The notes below the pieces were generated by a model. The model saw nothing but the letters and a program-made list of their open reading frames with translations, searched no databases and was not told the DNA's origin. From Octopus vulgaris (taxonomy: Eukaryota), in contig OX597814.1 of NCBI GenBank assembly GCA_951406725.2, positions 61,070,001 to 61,134,000 on the forward strand: DNA of 64,000 nucleotides. Reading direction: 5' to 3'. Within the stretch, counting starts at the first letter, position 1; every line of letters begins with the position of its first letter. Below, one piece after another: positions 41,139 to 55,437 of the stretch. A program made the position numbers and the translations under genes.

Positions 41139-41144
41139 AATAAA
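41139..41144 (+). terminator. Candidate MLH1 polyadenylation signal (alternative proximal AATAAA at 40423-40428)
   Basis: AATAAA followed about 30 nt later by a GT/T-rich tract (tgttggcttttttgtttc), 0.8 kb after the stop codon. Confidence 0.45.
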
Positions 41145-41307
41145 ATTTCACTAAAACTTTTTAAAAGGGTCTGATGTTGGCTTTTTTGTTTCATTCTTTC
41201 TTCTCTTAATATTTATAGCTATATGTGTGTGTGAGTGTACATGTGTGCATGCATGAATGTATATTTACGTGTGTTTGTTTTTAGATATGTGTGTGTGTGC
41301 ATGTGTT

Positions 41308-41339
<32 letters not shown>

Positions 41340-41344
41340 GTATT

Positions 41345-42699
<1,355 letters not shown>

Positions 42700-43046
42700 T
42701 TGTTAAAGAGGACAACTAAAGTTAAGGCAAGGCAAACATCTCAAGTCATATACATTATTATTATTATTGGAAAAAAATAATTTTTCCCAATAATAATAAC
42801 GTATAGACTTGAGATGTTTGCCTTGCCTTAACGTTTGTTGTTCTCTTTAGCATGGAAAGCGGACGTTAAACGATGATGATATCTGCTATATCGGAAATCT
42901 GCACTGGCTCCATAGCTACCGTTTTGGCTATAACCTTGGGACCCTAGTAATCCATTAAAGTACTTAACTAGTGTACCTAGTTATTTAGATCACCTGTGAA
43001 CTAAACCCCCATATTTTGTATGTGTGTGTATATATACACACACACA

Positions 43047-43555
43047 CAGAGTGAGACAAAAGTCACACACCATAACAGTATATTAATTAATAATGTTTAA
43101 AATGACTAATTTTTTCAGGTATTTTCTTATTTGCAGAAACAATTTTGACAAAGTAAGAGGGGTAAAAAACTAACAAAGAATAAATGAATTACTTTAGTAT
43201 TCATGAATGAGAAAGCAGGTGCTATTCACAGATCTGTTGCAAAAGAATTCAACAGGCAGAATTCACACCAATTTCCAATTCATAAGTCAACTATTGGACA
43301 TCTGATTAATCATTTTAAAGAAACTGATAGTGTTGCTGACCACCCTTGAAGTGGCAGACTGAAAAGTGCAACCAATCCAACATCAACAGAAATTGGTTTA
43401 GAAACTCTTACAAACAGCCTCAAATGTGTTATGAAAAGGAAGGGAGACATTTTGAACAGCACATATAACAATTAAATAACTAGCAAATAAATTTTTTTGT
43501 GTAATTATACTTTTAATAAATTATCCCTGTGGTGCATGACTTTTGCCTCACCCTG
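43047..43555 (+). mobile_element. Tc1/mariner-superfamily deletion derivative
   Basis: TIRs CAGAGTGAGACAAAAGTCA / TGACTTTTGCCTCACCCTG-TA; remnants HFKETDSVADHP*SGR and a C-terminal HFEQHI*. Confidence 0.75.
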
Positions 43556-44634
43556 TACATATATCATCATTGTTGTTTAACATCTGCCTTCCATGAAGGT
43601 GCACAGTATGAAACCATAAAGGAAAAATTTCATCATCACTAATTGTGACCAAGGATGCTGAATAGCACCTATATTGCAAGAAATAAGAGTTAAAATCCTT
43701 AAGGCTGCATGAATTACACAATTTATATACACTGACATTAGCAAAACACTGGACCAGTTTTGTCTGTTAGTTTCAGACTTATCAGCAGTGCTTACTCCAT
43801 TGCTCAGATAGAAAATACCAAAGACTACTCATGTCCCAATATTTACTTGCTTTTATTTATAACTTTATATGCTTTGAAATCCAGTGTTCCAAAAAAAATA
43901 AAAGAATGTGTGTGTGTACAACTAGCTGCCAAATGTTTCCATCAACCAATTCTACCCAAAAGATATTGGTCAGCCTGTAACCCTAGTAAAAGACATCTAC
44001 TCACAGTGCCTTGCGATGGGGAGAGCCCAAAAACCAAATTGCTGGGAATTCTTAACCACAGAACCATGTTTATCTTCACATGTGAATGAAAATGAATAAA
44101 TAACTAATATTTTTGTTTTCAATCATTTATTCCTCTTTTTTACTTAATTATTTCTTTCTGCTAAATGTGGTCTGGCATTCTGTCAGTTACAACAATGAGT
44201 GTTCCAGTCGATTCAGTCAGTGGAACAGCCTGCCAGTGAAATTAATGTGCAAGTGGTTGAGCACTCACACCAATAATGCAGTTCTCAAAGAGATTCAGTG
44301 TGACACAGAATGTGACAAATAAGGCTGGTCCTTTGAATTACCGGTACAGCTCATTTTTGTCAGCTGAGTGGACTGGAGCAACATGAAATAAAGTGTCTTG
44401 CTCAAGAACACAATGTTCCACCAGGAATCAAACTCATGACCTTATGATCACAAGCTGAATCACCTAACCACGAAGCCATGCACCTTCACACATGGCTTAG
44501 AAGTTAATGTTTGTGACTCAAGGTTCAAATCCACATTTAGCACAAGAGAAGAAATAATCGGATTGGTGAAACTTATACAGCAAAACCCTATATATATATG
44601 TGTGTGTGTGTATTTTGTATGTATGTATATATAC

Positions 44635-44670
<36 letters not shown>

Positions 44671-45124
44671 TATATATATATATATATATATATATCTGTA
44701 TGAGTTTGTCGATTTTATATCCTCTCCATTTTCTTATTTCCCTTTTATATATATATATATATACATCATTCTCTATAAATCCTGGGTCTTTCGCTTTGCT
44801 GAACACAAATCAATGTATTGATTTTAAAAAAAGTAATGTGTTCCTTTTTTCATTTGAACTTCATCTTTCTTTTTAGTTGTTCTTTGTTCTTCCTTTTTTT
44901 TTTTGTTTTTTGCCTAGAGATATTTATTCCATTACCTACACAATAGAAATGTTTGCAAGTGTTTAACCAAATCGCCAGACAGACACATTGTCATTATGTG
45001 TTTCACATGCTGTTATATGTTTTCTAGTAAAATGTTTTGGTTATATCATCATCATCATCATCATCGCCGTCATCATCATCAGCAGCAGCAGCAGCAGTGT
45101 CATTGGTGGCATCATAATCTATAA

Positions 45125-45175
<51 letters not shown>

Positions 45176-45187
45176 CATACATGCATG

Positions 45188-45233
<46 letters not shown>

Positions 45234-45773
45234 TACATATATAAGCATAAAAAGGATATAGCTTAGTCGTTAGAACATCAGGCTCACAATTATGAGGTAG
45301 TGAGTTTGATTCCTGGACCGGGCAGAGTGTTGCTCTTGAGCAAGACATTTTATTTCGCGTTACTCCAGTTCACTCAGCTGTAGAAATGAGTTGTGACATC
45401 ACTAATGCCAAGCTGTATTGGCCTTTGCCTTTCCCTTGGATAACATCAGTGACATGAAGAGGGGAGGCTGCTATACGTGGGTGACTGCTGGTCTTCCATA
45501 AACAACCTAGCCAGGACTTGTGCCACAGAGGGTGACTTCCTAGGTTCAATCCCATGGTCATTTATGACCGAAGTGGGGGTCTTTATGTAGGCATGGATAT
45601 GGTAGTATGGTTAACAAATTTGCTTAGCAGCTACATGGTTTCAGGTTCAGTCTTCTTGCATGAAAATAAATATCTTCTGTTATTACCTTAGGCTAACCAA
45701 TACCTGGTGAGTGAATTTGTTAGATGGGGGCTTTTATTAAGCCCATCATACGCACACACACTCATATATTATG

Positions 45774-45821
<48 letters not shown>

Positions 45822-46035
45822 CTGTGTTTGTGCTACGTAAAAAGCACTAAGTCCACTCTGCTGAGTGGTTGGTGTTAGGAAAGGCATTCAGCTGTTAAAA
45901 CCCTGCCAAAACGGTCACAGAAATTTGATGCAGGCTTCTGCCAGGCCAGCTCTTGTGAAACTGTTGTACTCATGCCAGCGTGGAAGGCGGATGTTAAATG
46001 ATGATGAGTATGTATATATATATATGTATATATAA

Positions 46036-46650
46036 AAGGTTGGCAACTAAGTTCCTGCTGTATTTTTAAATTTAAATTAACTAATTAATCAATAATGTAA
46101 TAATGTATTCACCCTTGTTGTTTAGAACTTCTTCCCAACATTCAACAAGATTTTCAATACCTTGTTGGTAGAAATCACCGCATTTTCAACTCAAAAAATT
46201 GATCCAACCAAGCTCTCAATTCTGCATCAGTATTGAACAAAACTCTGCACATAGCATTTGAAAGGGATCAAAAGAGGTGGAAATTCATTGGTGCCAAATT
46301 AGGAGAGTACAGCAGGTGTGGAAGCACTTCCCAGTCATGCGTTTGAATGGCTTCCTTGGTCATATTGGCAATATGAGGGCAGGTGTTGTCATGTAGCAGA
46401 AGAACTCCATGCTGACGATTAGGTCATTTCTCTTGAATAGCCATGTTTAGTCATTCCATCTGTTGAACATAGAGTTCCGCATTGACCGTTTGGTTCCATT
46501 CAAGCAATTCATAATGGATATACAGTCTACAGAATGCTTCAGTCAACCCAATTCTATGTTAAATGATACTTATTCCAAGCAGCATTTAATAGAATTGAAC
46601 CAAAAACCAAATGACTGCAAATCAAATTTTTTAACCTCACAACAACGTGT
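46036..46650 (-). mobile_element. Mariner remnant, internally deleted
   Basis: TIR-like AGGTTGGCAACTAAGTT; minus strand DWEVLPHLLYSPNLAPMNFHLF...FYQQGIENLVECWEEVLNNKGEY. Confidence 0.85.
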
Positions 46651-46678
46651 CTTGCATCCTTAAAATTCAATACATATC

Positions 46679-47065
46679 TATGGCTGTGTGGTAAGTAGCT
46701 TGCTTACCAACCACATGGTTCCGGGTTCAGTCCCACTGCGTGGCATCTTGGGCAAGTGTCTTCTGCTATAGCCCCGGGCCGACCAATGCCTTGTGAGTGG
46801 ATTTGGTAGACGGAAACTGAAAGAAGCCTGTCGTATATATGTATATATATATATATATATATGTTTGTGTGTCTGTGTTTGTCCCCCTAGCATTGCTTGA
46901 CAACCAATGCTGGTGTGTTTACGTCCCCGTCACTTAGCGGTTCGGTAAAAGAGACCGATAGAATAAGTACTGGGCTTATAAAGAATAAGTCCCGGGGTCG
47001 ATTCGCTCGACTAAAGGCGGTGCTCCAGCATGGCCGCAGTCAAATGACTGAAACAAGTAAAAGAG
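46679..47065 (+). mobile_element. tRNA-derived SINE family A (CORE-like, internal TA/TG microsatellite, CR1-like tail), young copy
   Basis: A box TGGCTGTGTGG, B box GGTTCAGTCCC, CTTGGGCAAGTG core, tail GGTGCTCCAGCATGGCCGCAGTCAAATGACTGAAACAAGTAAAAGAG; many CpGs intact. Confidence 0.9.
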
Positions 47066-47066
47066 T

Positions 47067-47097
<31 letters not shown>

Positions 47098-47101
<4 letters not shown>

Positions 47102-47920
47102 TAAAAGATTCTGTTCATTTGTGTGTTTGTCTCTCCAACAAAGTGAAAGTAAATGGTTCAAGGGAAGCTATTATGCTTTTTTTATATTTTCTGTTATGCT
47201 ATTGCCTAATTTGTCTCAACAAAAATTATGTGATGGCATAACACTAATTGTGCATGAACCTATGAGGAACTGCATAGAGGCAAATATTCTTACTGGTTGT
47301 GGTAAACGTGACACTGTCTTCATTCCTCACATACCAGTTACACCATCTAATGTCCCATTCCAATTTAAGCAGTTACAGTTTCCTATTCGTGTTTCTTTTG
47401 CCATGAGCATTAATAAAAGGCAGGGCTAAACACTAAAAGTTACTGGATTGCAACTTGGACAGCCATGCTTTTCACATGGCCAACTTTATGTAGGAACATC
47501 ATGTGTGGGAGCAAAAGAAAATTTTTCTGCTTATGCACCCCAAAATAAAACAAAAGACATTATTTATGGAGAATTATTCACTCTTAATGCAACTTGAATA
47601 CTTCAATAACTTAATTTACCATTACTGACATTACATTCAAGAGCGAGTAAATTACCTATTTTTATTAACTGTATTATATAGTTGCCATTACTGTATTGAC
47701 AAATAAAATAACACATACAACTCACTTATCATTGTCATATAATAAACAAACACAAGTTCATGTATGAAATTGATCTTTTTTCTGCTTCAATTATTACATA
47801 TTTTTCTGTTATAAAAAATACACACATACAGGAGTAAATTACATATATAATAATACTTTGAATGTTGCTCCTGAGAAATAGTAAAAGTAATTACCTGACC
47901 AATGATGGGTATTACTGCTA

Positions 47921-47921
<1 letters not shown>
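47098..47921 (+). mobile_element. Helitron deletion derivative with a Pif1-like helicase C-terminal remnant
   Basis: KLCDG...FIPHIPVTPSNVPFQFKQLQFPIRVSFAMSINKRQG*TL...PCFSHGQLYVG; 3' decayed hairpin + CTAG at 47918-47921 followed by T. Confidence 0.88.
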
Positions 47922-47975
<54 letters not shown>

Positions 47976-48042
47976 TACATATATACATATATACATATAT
48001 ATATATACATATATATATATATACACATATATATATATACAC

Positions 48043-48073
<31 letters not shown>

Positions 48074-48146
48074 CATATATACATATATATACATATATAC
48101 ATATATATACATATATACATATATATACATATATACATATATATAC

Positions 48147-48213
<67 letters not shown>
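47922..48213. repeat. Compound (TA)n/(TATATAC)n microsatellite; further (TA)n at 48426-48503 and 50568-50667
   Basis: Direct reading. Confidence 0.95.
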
Positions 48214-48216
<3 letters not shown>

Positions 48217-48419
48217 TAAAAATGAGGGTGTCTGAGAGACACCACCATGCCGAAATAGCAGTCGAAACTCTGACTATAGAAACCACGTTAAATCGGCATG
48301 GTGGTGTCTCTCAGACACCCTCATTTTTAATTGTAAAAAATTATTACCTTTGTACGGTATTTTTTCCCATGCTGGCCACTTGATAATATCGATATTTAAA
48401 TATCGATATTATCCACATT

Positions 48420-48505
<86 letters not shown>

Positions 48506-48506
<1 letters not shown>

Positions 48507-48895
48507 TAGCAATATCGCCCGGCGTTGCTCGGGTTTGTAAGGGAAATAATTATATAAGCATTTTTAGAGATGTAAAGTATAATAGCCATCTCAATATGGC
48601 TAACCACAAAGGGGGAGGGGTGTTACTGTAGCTTTTTACGTTCTGAGATTTAATAATAAAGAGAGTTACTTCCCTTATATATGTCAAAAATGGATTAAAA
48701 ATGGGAAAAATTGATGGTAATTTTTTTTTTAAATCGTAGACTCATCGTAGACGCGCGCTAATACCCAGACGGTCTCGATATGAATCACGACTATAAGATA
48801 CCCGGTTTTGGTTAAACTGCACCGCAAAATGTGGGAGTAGTTAGGAATCTAAATCGTAGGAGACAGACACACAACCTCACTTTTATGTATAAAGA
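48506..48895 (-). mobile_element. Non-autonomous Helitron, apparently young
   Basis: Minus strand A|TCTTTATACATAAAAG...CCCGAGCAACGCCGGG hairpin...CTAG|T; CpGs retained. Confidence 0.82.
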
Positions 48896-49185
48896 TTTCC
48901 TCTATTTACATAATATTGAGGTCTCTTTCTTTCTTTTGTTATCTTACTGTTTTTACCAATATACATATATATATATATAAATATATATATAGTTACAGAG
49001 ATGTACTTGCATAGCAAGTGACTTGATCTGAGATCGTGTGCTGGAACGAAAACAGTTGCAGCGTTGAAGGTGTTTATAAGCCATTTAAGAAACACACAAA
49101 AACCGTTAGATTCACTTCAACATTTAAATTTAATTTGTCAAAATATTTTCGTCGCTTTGAGACCGCGACCTGTTAGCACGATATT

Positions 49186-49236
49186 TTTGTCAGTGAACAG
49201 GTCGCGGTCTGAAAGCGACGAAAATATTTTGGCAAA
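49186..49236 (+). ncRNA. Type-I hammerhead ribozyme motif with G3-C8 core variant
   Basis: TTTGTCA-GTGAACA-G-GTCGC-ggtctgaaa-GCGAC-GAA-AATATT-T-TGGCAAA; 7-bp stem I, 5-bp stem II, palindromic stem III. Confidence 0.65.
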
Positions 49237-49332
49237 TTAAATTTAAATGTTGAAGTGAATGTAACGGTTTTTGTGTGTTTCTTAAATGGCTTACAAACAC
49301 CTTCCACGCTGCAATATATATATACACACATA

Positions 49333-49363
<31 letters not shown>

Positions 49364-49684
49364 GTGTATATGTGTATGCATGTATGTGTGTGTGTGTGCG
49401 TGCCTGTGCTTGTGATTGTCCTCCACCACTGCTTGACAACGAATGTTGGTTTGTTTACATCCCTGTCACCTAGTGGTTTGACAAAGGAAACAGATAGAAT
49501 AAGTACAATGCTTACAAAAATAAAACTGGAGTTGATTCATTAAACTACAATTCTTCAAGGCATTGCCCCAGCATGGCCACAGACCAATGGCTGGAAAAAG
49601 CAGAAGAATAAAAGTATACATTCTCTGCTTTGGTCTTATGTTCAAGGCATGAGAAAGCTTGAGTTTACATGAGAAGGCCTAACA

Positions 49685-50058
49685 GACCTGGTAGAAACAG
49701 CAGCCAAATCTCCCTCAAATCACACCTTACTGTCTTATGTATGTATATATATATGAGCCAATGAGGGGGACCTCTACATGGTAGCTAGACCTGGTAGAAA
49801 TAGCAAGCCAAATTTCCCCCAAATCACACCTTACTGTCTTATCTATGTATATATGTATGTATGAGCCTATGAGGGAGACCCCTATATGGCAGCTAGACCT
49901 GGTAGAAATAGCAGCCAAATTTCCCCCAAATCACACCTTACTGTCTTATCTATGTATATATGTATGTATGAGCCTATGAGGGAGACCCCTACATGGCAGC
50001 TAGACATGGTAGAAATAGCAGCCAAATCTCCCTCAAATCACACCTTACTGTCTTATCT
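49685..50058 (+). repeat. Tandem repeat, about 3.5 copies of a 102-108 bp unit
   Basis: Unit AGACCTGGTAGAAATAGCAGCCAAAT...TCACACCTTACTGTCTTAT...GAGCCTATGAGGGAGACCCCT starts at about 49685, 49787, 49895 and 50002. Confidence 0.9.
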
Positions 50059-50089
50059 TTCTGCTACTTGGATATAGGTCTTATATTCG

Positions 50090-50672
<583 letters not shown>

Positions 50673-50957
50673 GCTGGAATCTCCTGTCGAAGACAACGTA
50701 TGAATGTTCAGTTTTTGCTAAATGACCTGCACAAATGATTTCTTTCTAGTGATCAAATGTATGTGCTGTACATTAGCTCACTACCTCCATCAAATGAGCA
50801 TTGCCTATACAGGTGCACAAGTGTGTCACATGCCAGATATCAAAATGATCGCAGAGCAACATGAAAGGAAGTGATTTGCTCAAGAACACTAAGTGGCATC
50901 TGGTCCAGGAATCGAACCCACAATCTAGAAATCTTGTGAGCAACACCCTAACCACTT

Positions 50958-51027
<70 letters not shown>

Positions 51028-51039
51028 CAGCGAAAGAGA

Positions 51040-51405
51040 GGTAAGTAGGTAGGCAGGCAGATGGGCAAGCAGGTAGACAGGCAGATATGCAGACAGACAG
51101 GCAGGTAAGTGGGTAGTATATGTGTAAGTAGGTAGATAAGTAGGTAAGGAAGGTAGGTAGGTAGGTAGGTAGGTAGGTATGTAGGTAGGTAGGTAGGTAG
51201 GTAGGTAGGTAGGTAGGTGAGGTCGACTTTGCCTTTCATCCTTTCGGGGTCGATAAATTAAGTACCAGTTACGCACTGGGGTCGATGTAATCGACTTAAT
51301 ACCTATGTCTGTCCTTGTTTGTCCCCTCTGTGTTTAGCCCCTTGTGGGTAATAAAGAAATAGGTAGGTAGGTAGGTAGGTAGGTAGGTTGATAGGTAGGT
51401 AGGTA
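51040..51405. repeat. (AGGT)n repeat interrupted by a 5'-truncated family B SINE
   Basis: Direct reading; SINE segment at 51218-51362. Confidence 0.9.
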
Positions 51406-53353
51406 TCGAGAGAGAGGAAAAAACGTGCAAGTAAGAAACAACCAAATTTTATTATCTTTCCTTTATGCCAACATGCTCAATACACATTGCAACAGCAACA
51501 AAGAAACAACTTTCATAGCCAAATACCAACTACTTCTAAACCATTGTAGAAGAGAAAGGACAACTAATAAAATTCTTTCTGCTACACCTGATGCTGCTGC
51601 TACAACTACAGCTTTGACTACTTTTGTTACTACTACTGTTACAGCTACTACCCCCATCACTCTTATTACTTTTAATGACAATTAACACAAGTCAGCACAA
51701 ATTCTCTTGATTCTAATTAACAACACTTTTTCTTTTATATTTTTCTGGGTGTTGGTTACCTGACAGTTGTAGTTATCTGAGAACTGAACAAGAGGGAATT
51801 CACTAAATTATTTCTTTTGCTTCACATCATTGGCTGGATTAAATGCAATCCTTTGATTGCAAAGTATTCCAGTATGATAGTTTTCTTTTTATCCAGGCTA
51901 TTCCACACTTCAGTGTTGTATTTGATCAAATAGATATTACAGCTGATCAAGATACAATTTTGTACTACATATAAGATGAAAAATCAATGGTTTACTCCAC
52001 ACTGTCAATATTGTGCTTTATTTTTGAAGAAAATTCTATATTTTTGTAATAGTTGTTTAGTCCCAGAACATTCATGATAAAGTAGATTCCTATGATTTAA
52101 AATCATCCCAAGCATAACCGTGCATCTTTTATTCAAACATTGTATATCTAATACTATGTTATCTAATGTAGTCTAAATTCTCAGCTTAAGATAGTAGGAG
52201 ATGATTTAAGGAAAGGTAATATTTATCCCCACTTAAACATGGATGATCTGCTGGAACAAACTATACTGCGGTAGATACCATAAGAGAAACCCTCATATCA
52301 ACTTTTGGTGCAAAATGCACATCAGTGGGGAGATAAATCCCTGCCATCCAGCTCCAAGACCACCAGATCATGTGATTTCAACCTTCCTTGGTCTTATTAA
52401 TTATAGATGCACAATCACTAGAGATAGGAGCAACTCATCTCCCCAGCCATGCTGGAGCACCCCTTTAGTCAAGCAAATCGATCCCCGGACTTATTCTTTG
52501 TAAGCCTAGTAGTTATTCTATCGGTCTCTTTTGCCAAACCGCTAAGTTACAGGAACCTAAACACACCAACATCGGTTGTCAAGCAATGTTGGGAGGACAA
52601 ACACAGACACACAAACATATACACACATGTACATATACATATATATATACTTATATACGACGGGCTTCTTTCAGTTTCTGTTTACCAAATCCACTCACAA
52701 GGCTTTGGTCAGCCCAAGGCTATAGTAGAAGACACTAGCCCATGGTGCCACGCAGTGGGACTGAACCCGGAACCATGCGGTTGGTAAGCAAGCTACTTAC
52801 CACACAGCCACTCCGTTTAAGTGGGAATAAATATTACTTCTCAGTATTAATACTGCCTCTGTCACTAATATATATGATTTAAGGAAAATTTAGCTGTTAT
52901 TTCTGACTGATTGACCAACCTGGTAGATGTTGGCTCACTGTTGATGTGAATAAGAAATTACATATGTTTTGCTTTAATGACAGTATTAAAATTATGGTCA
53001 TTAGAACTAATGACCATACGGGTCAGTAACTCATTGCCTGAACCTTGCAGCCGTTGTACTATAGAGCCATCAACTCTTACGAATGTAAATCTTATTTGAA
53101 TACATCCAATACAGTTCTTGTTTCAGACTCATTCGCTCTCTTCCACTCTCTTACAAACATACACACACACACACACCTTCCAAACCACCCACACACTTTT
53201 TCTTTCGATCATCAATACACAATTTCTCTTCCATACTTCATTGACCTATTTATCACTCATTCATACTCATTCATAAGGACACAGTCTCTCTTTTACTCTC
53301 TCACTTCTCTCTCTCTCTCTTTCTTCCTTTTCGGTCTTTGTCTGTCTCTCTTT

Positions 53354-53565
<212 letters not shown>

Positions 53566-54270
53566 TCTCTACTTCTTTAATATTCTTATTGCTTATTTTT
53601 TTCTCCCTTTATCATTCTCTCTCTCTCTCTCTCTCTTACACACACACACACAGCTAAACCTCCAAAACAGATTATTCAGTATCATAAAAAGTTATCAGTT
53701 TTGGCACAGGTTAGATGTATTGGCCACACTCCTCACACATCCATTACAAGGTTTGATGCCAATAACAATTTATAACAAACATGTTAATAAATAATCTAGA
53801 CTGTATTGTGACAAGCAACGAGATTTCAATTAGTCTTCTAACAAATATAATATTATCTATTATAGACTGGAATCTAGCCATCTGGGATCTCATTTTATTC
53901 TCCCTTCTACCAACATTTCACCATTTATCAATTTCTTCCTTTCTTTCTTCATAAATGTGAAAATGCAGTAGTCAAGGGGATAAAGTACTGAACAACCCAA
54001 CCATGATGAAGGGAAACAGAAGACTCCCAAGAAACTAATGGTAGTCTTAGTGGTGTCTGTCTTTACAGCATGGGCATGTTAGGTAGGTGTCCAGCAAATG
54101 AACACTTTCTCATTTTGTTGAAAGAAAATTAGTTAGATTCTGGATTAAATATAGAGTATGGATCAATTGGTTTTGTATCATTGATGTGATCAAACAGATA
54201 ACAAAGGGAGACTGGTACTGGTCCATGTCAACAAGTCTTCTTCTTCTTCTTCTTCTTCTTCTTCTACATG

Positions 54271-54301
<31 letters not shown>

Positions 54302-55437
54302 CATATCATATCATATATATCATCATCATCATTTAATGGCCATTGATTATGCTGGCATGAGTTGGATGGTTGGACCAGGGCTGGTAAGCTGTGGGGCTAC
54401 AGCAGACTCGAGTCTAATTTGGCATGGTTTCTATGGCTGGATGCCCCTCCTACTCTGAGAGTATAATGGATACTTTTGTGTGCTACCAGCACAGGTACCA
54501 GTTGTGTGACACCAGTATCTGCCGTGACTATGATTTTACTTGGCTTCATGGGTCTTCTTCTCATGCACAACATCTGTCATTGCCTCTGTGAGACCCAATG
54601 CTTGAAAAATGCTTTTTACATGCCAGTGGCATGGGTGCTAGTTACATGACACTGGCATCAGCCACATTGCCTCTGTGAGGTCCAACACTCAAAAGGTGCT
54701 TTTTACATGCTACCAGCATGGGTGCCATTTATGTGATACCGACAGCAGCCACAACCATGGTTTCACTTAACTTGATGGGTCTTCTCAAGCATAGCATATT
54801 ACCAAAGGTCTCGGTCACTAGTCATTGCCCCCATGAGGCCCAACATTCGAAGATCATTTTTCACCACCTCATCCCATACCTTCCTGGGACTCCCTCTTCC
54901 ACAAGTCCTCCCCACAGTTAGAGACCAGCACTTTTTACACTGCTGTCCTCGTCCATATGCATCACATGGCTATACTAGTGCAGTCGTCTCTTGCATACCA
55001 CATCTGATGCCTCTTATACCCAACTTTTCTCTTAAGATGCTTACACTCTGCCATACATACACACTGACATTGCACATCTAGTAAAGCATGCTAGCTTTAT
55101 TTCTTTCAAGTTTATGCATGTCCTTGGTGATCACAGCCCATGTTTCACTGCTATGTAGCACAGTTGTTTTCACACAGGCATCATACAGTCTGCCTTCACT
55201 TTGAGGGAGAGGCCCTTTGTTGACATCAGAGGTAGGAGCTCTCTGAATTTTGCCCATCCTATTCTTATTCTCACAGCTATGCTCTTGGAGCATCCACCTT
55301 CCCTACTGACTTGGTCACTGAGATAACAGAAGCTACCAACTACTTCTAGCTTTCCTCCCTTGCATTTGATGGAGTCTATTTTCTGTATGTTTTTAGTGTT
55401 AATTGTTCCTGTGCACCTTCCATACACACAAAAAATT

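Noticed and set aside
47121-47580. Host PIF1 helicase gene
   Set aside because: In-frame stop, degenerate motifs, no splice structure, and Helitron termini flank it.
48228-48270. CTGAGAGA...CCGAAATAGCAGTC as a hammerhead
   Set aside because: No stem II pairing in register between the putative core and GAAA.
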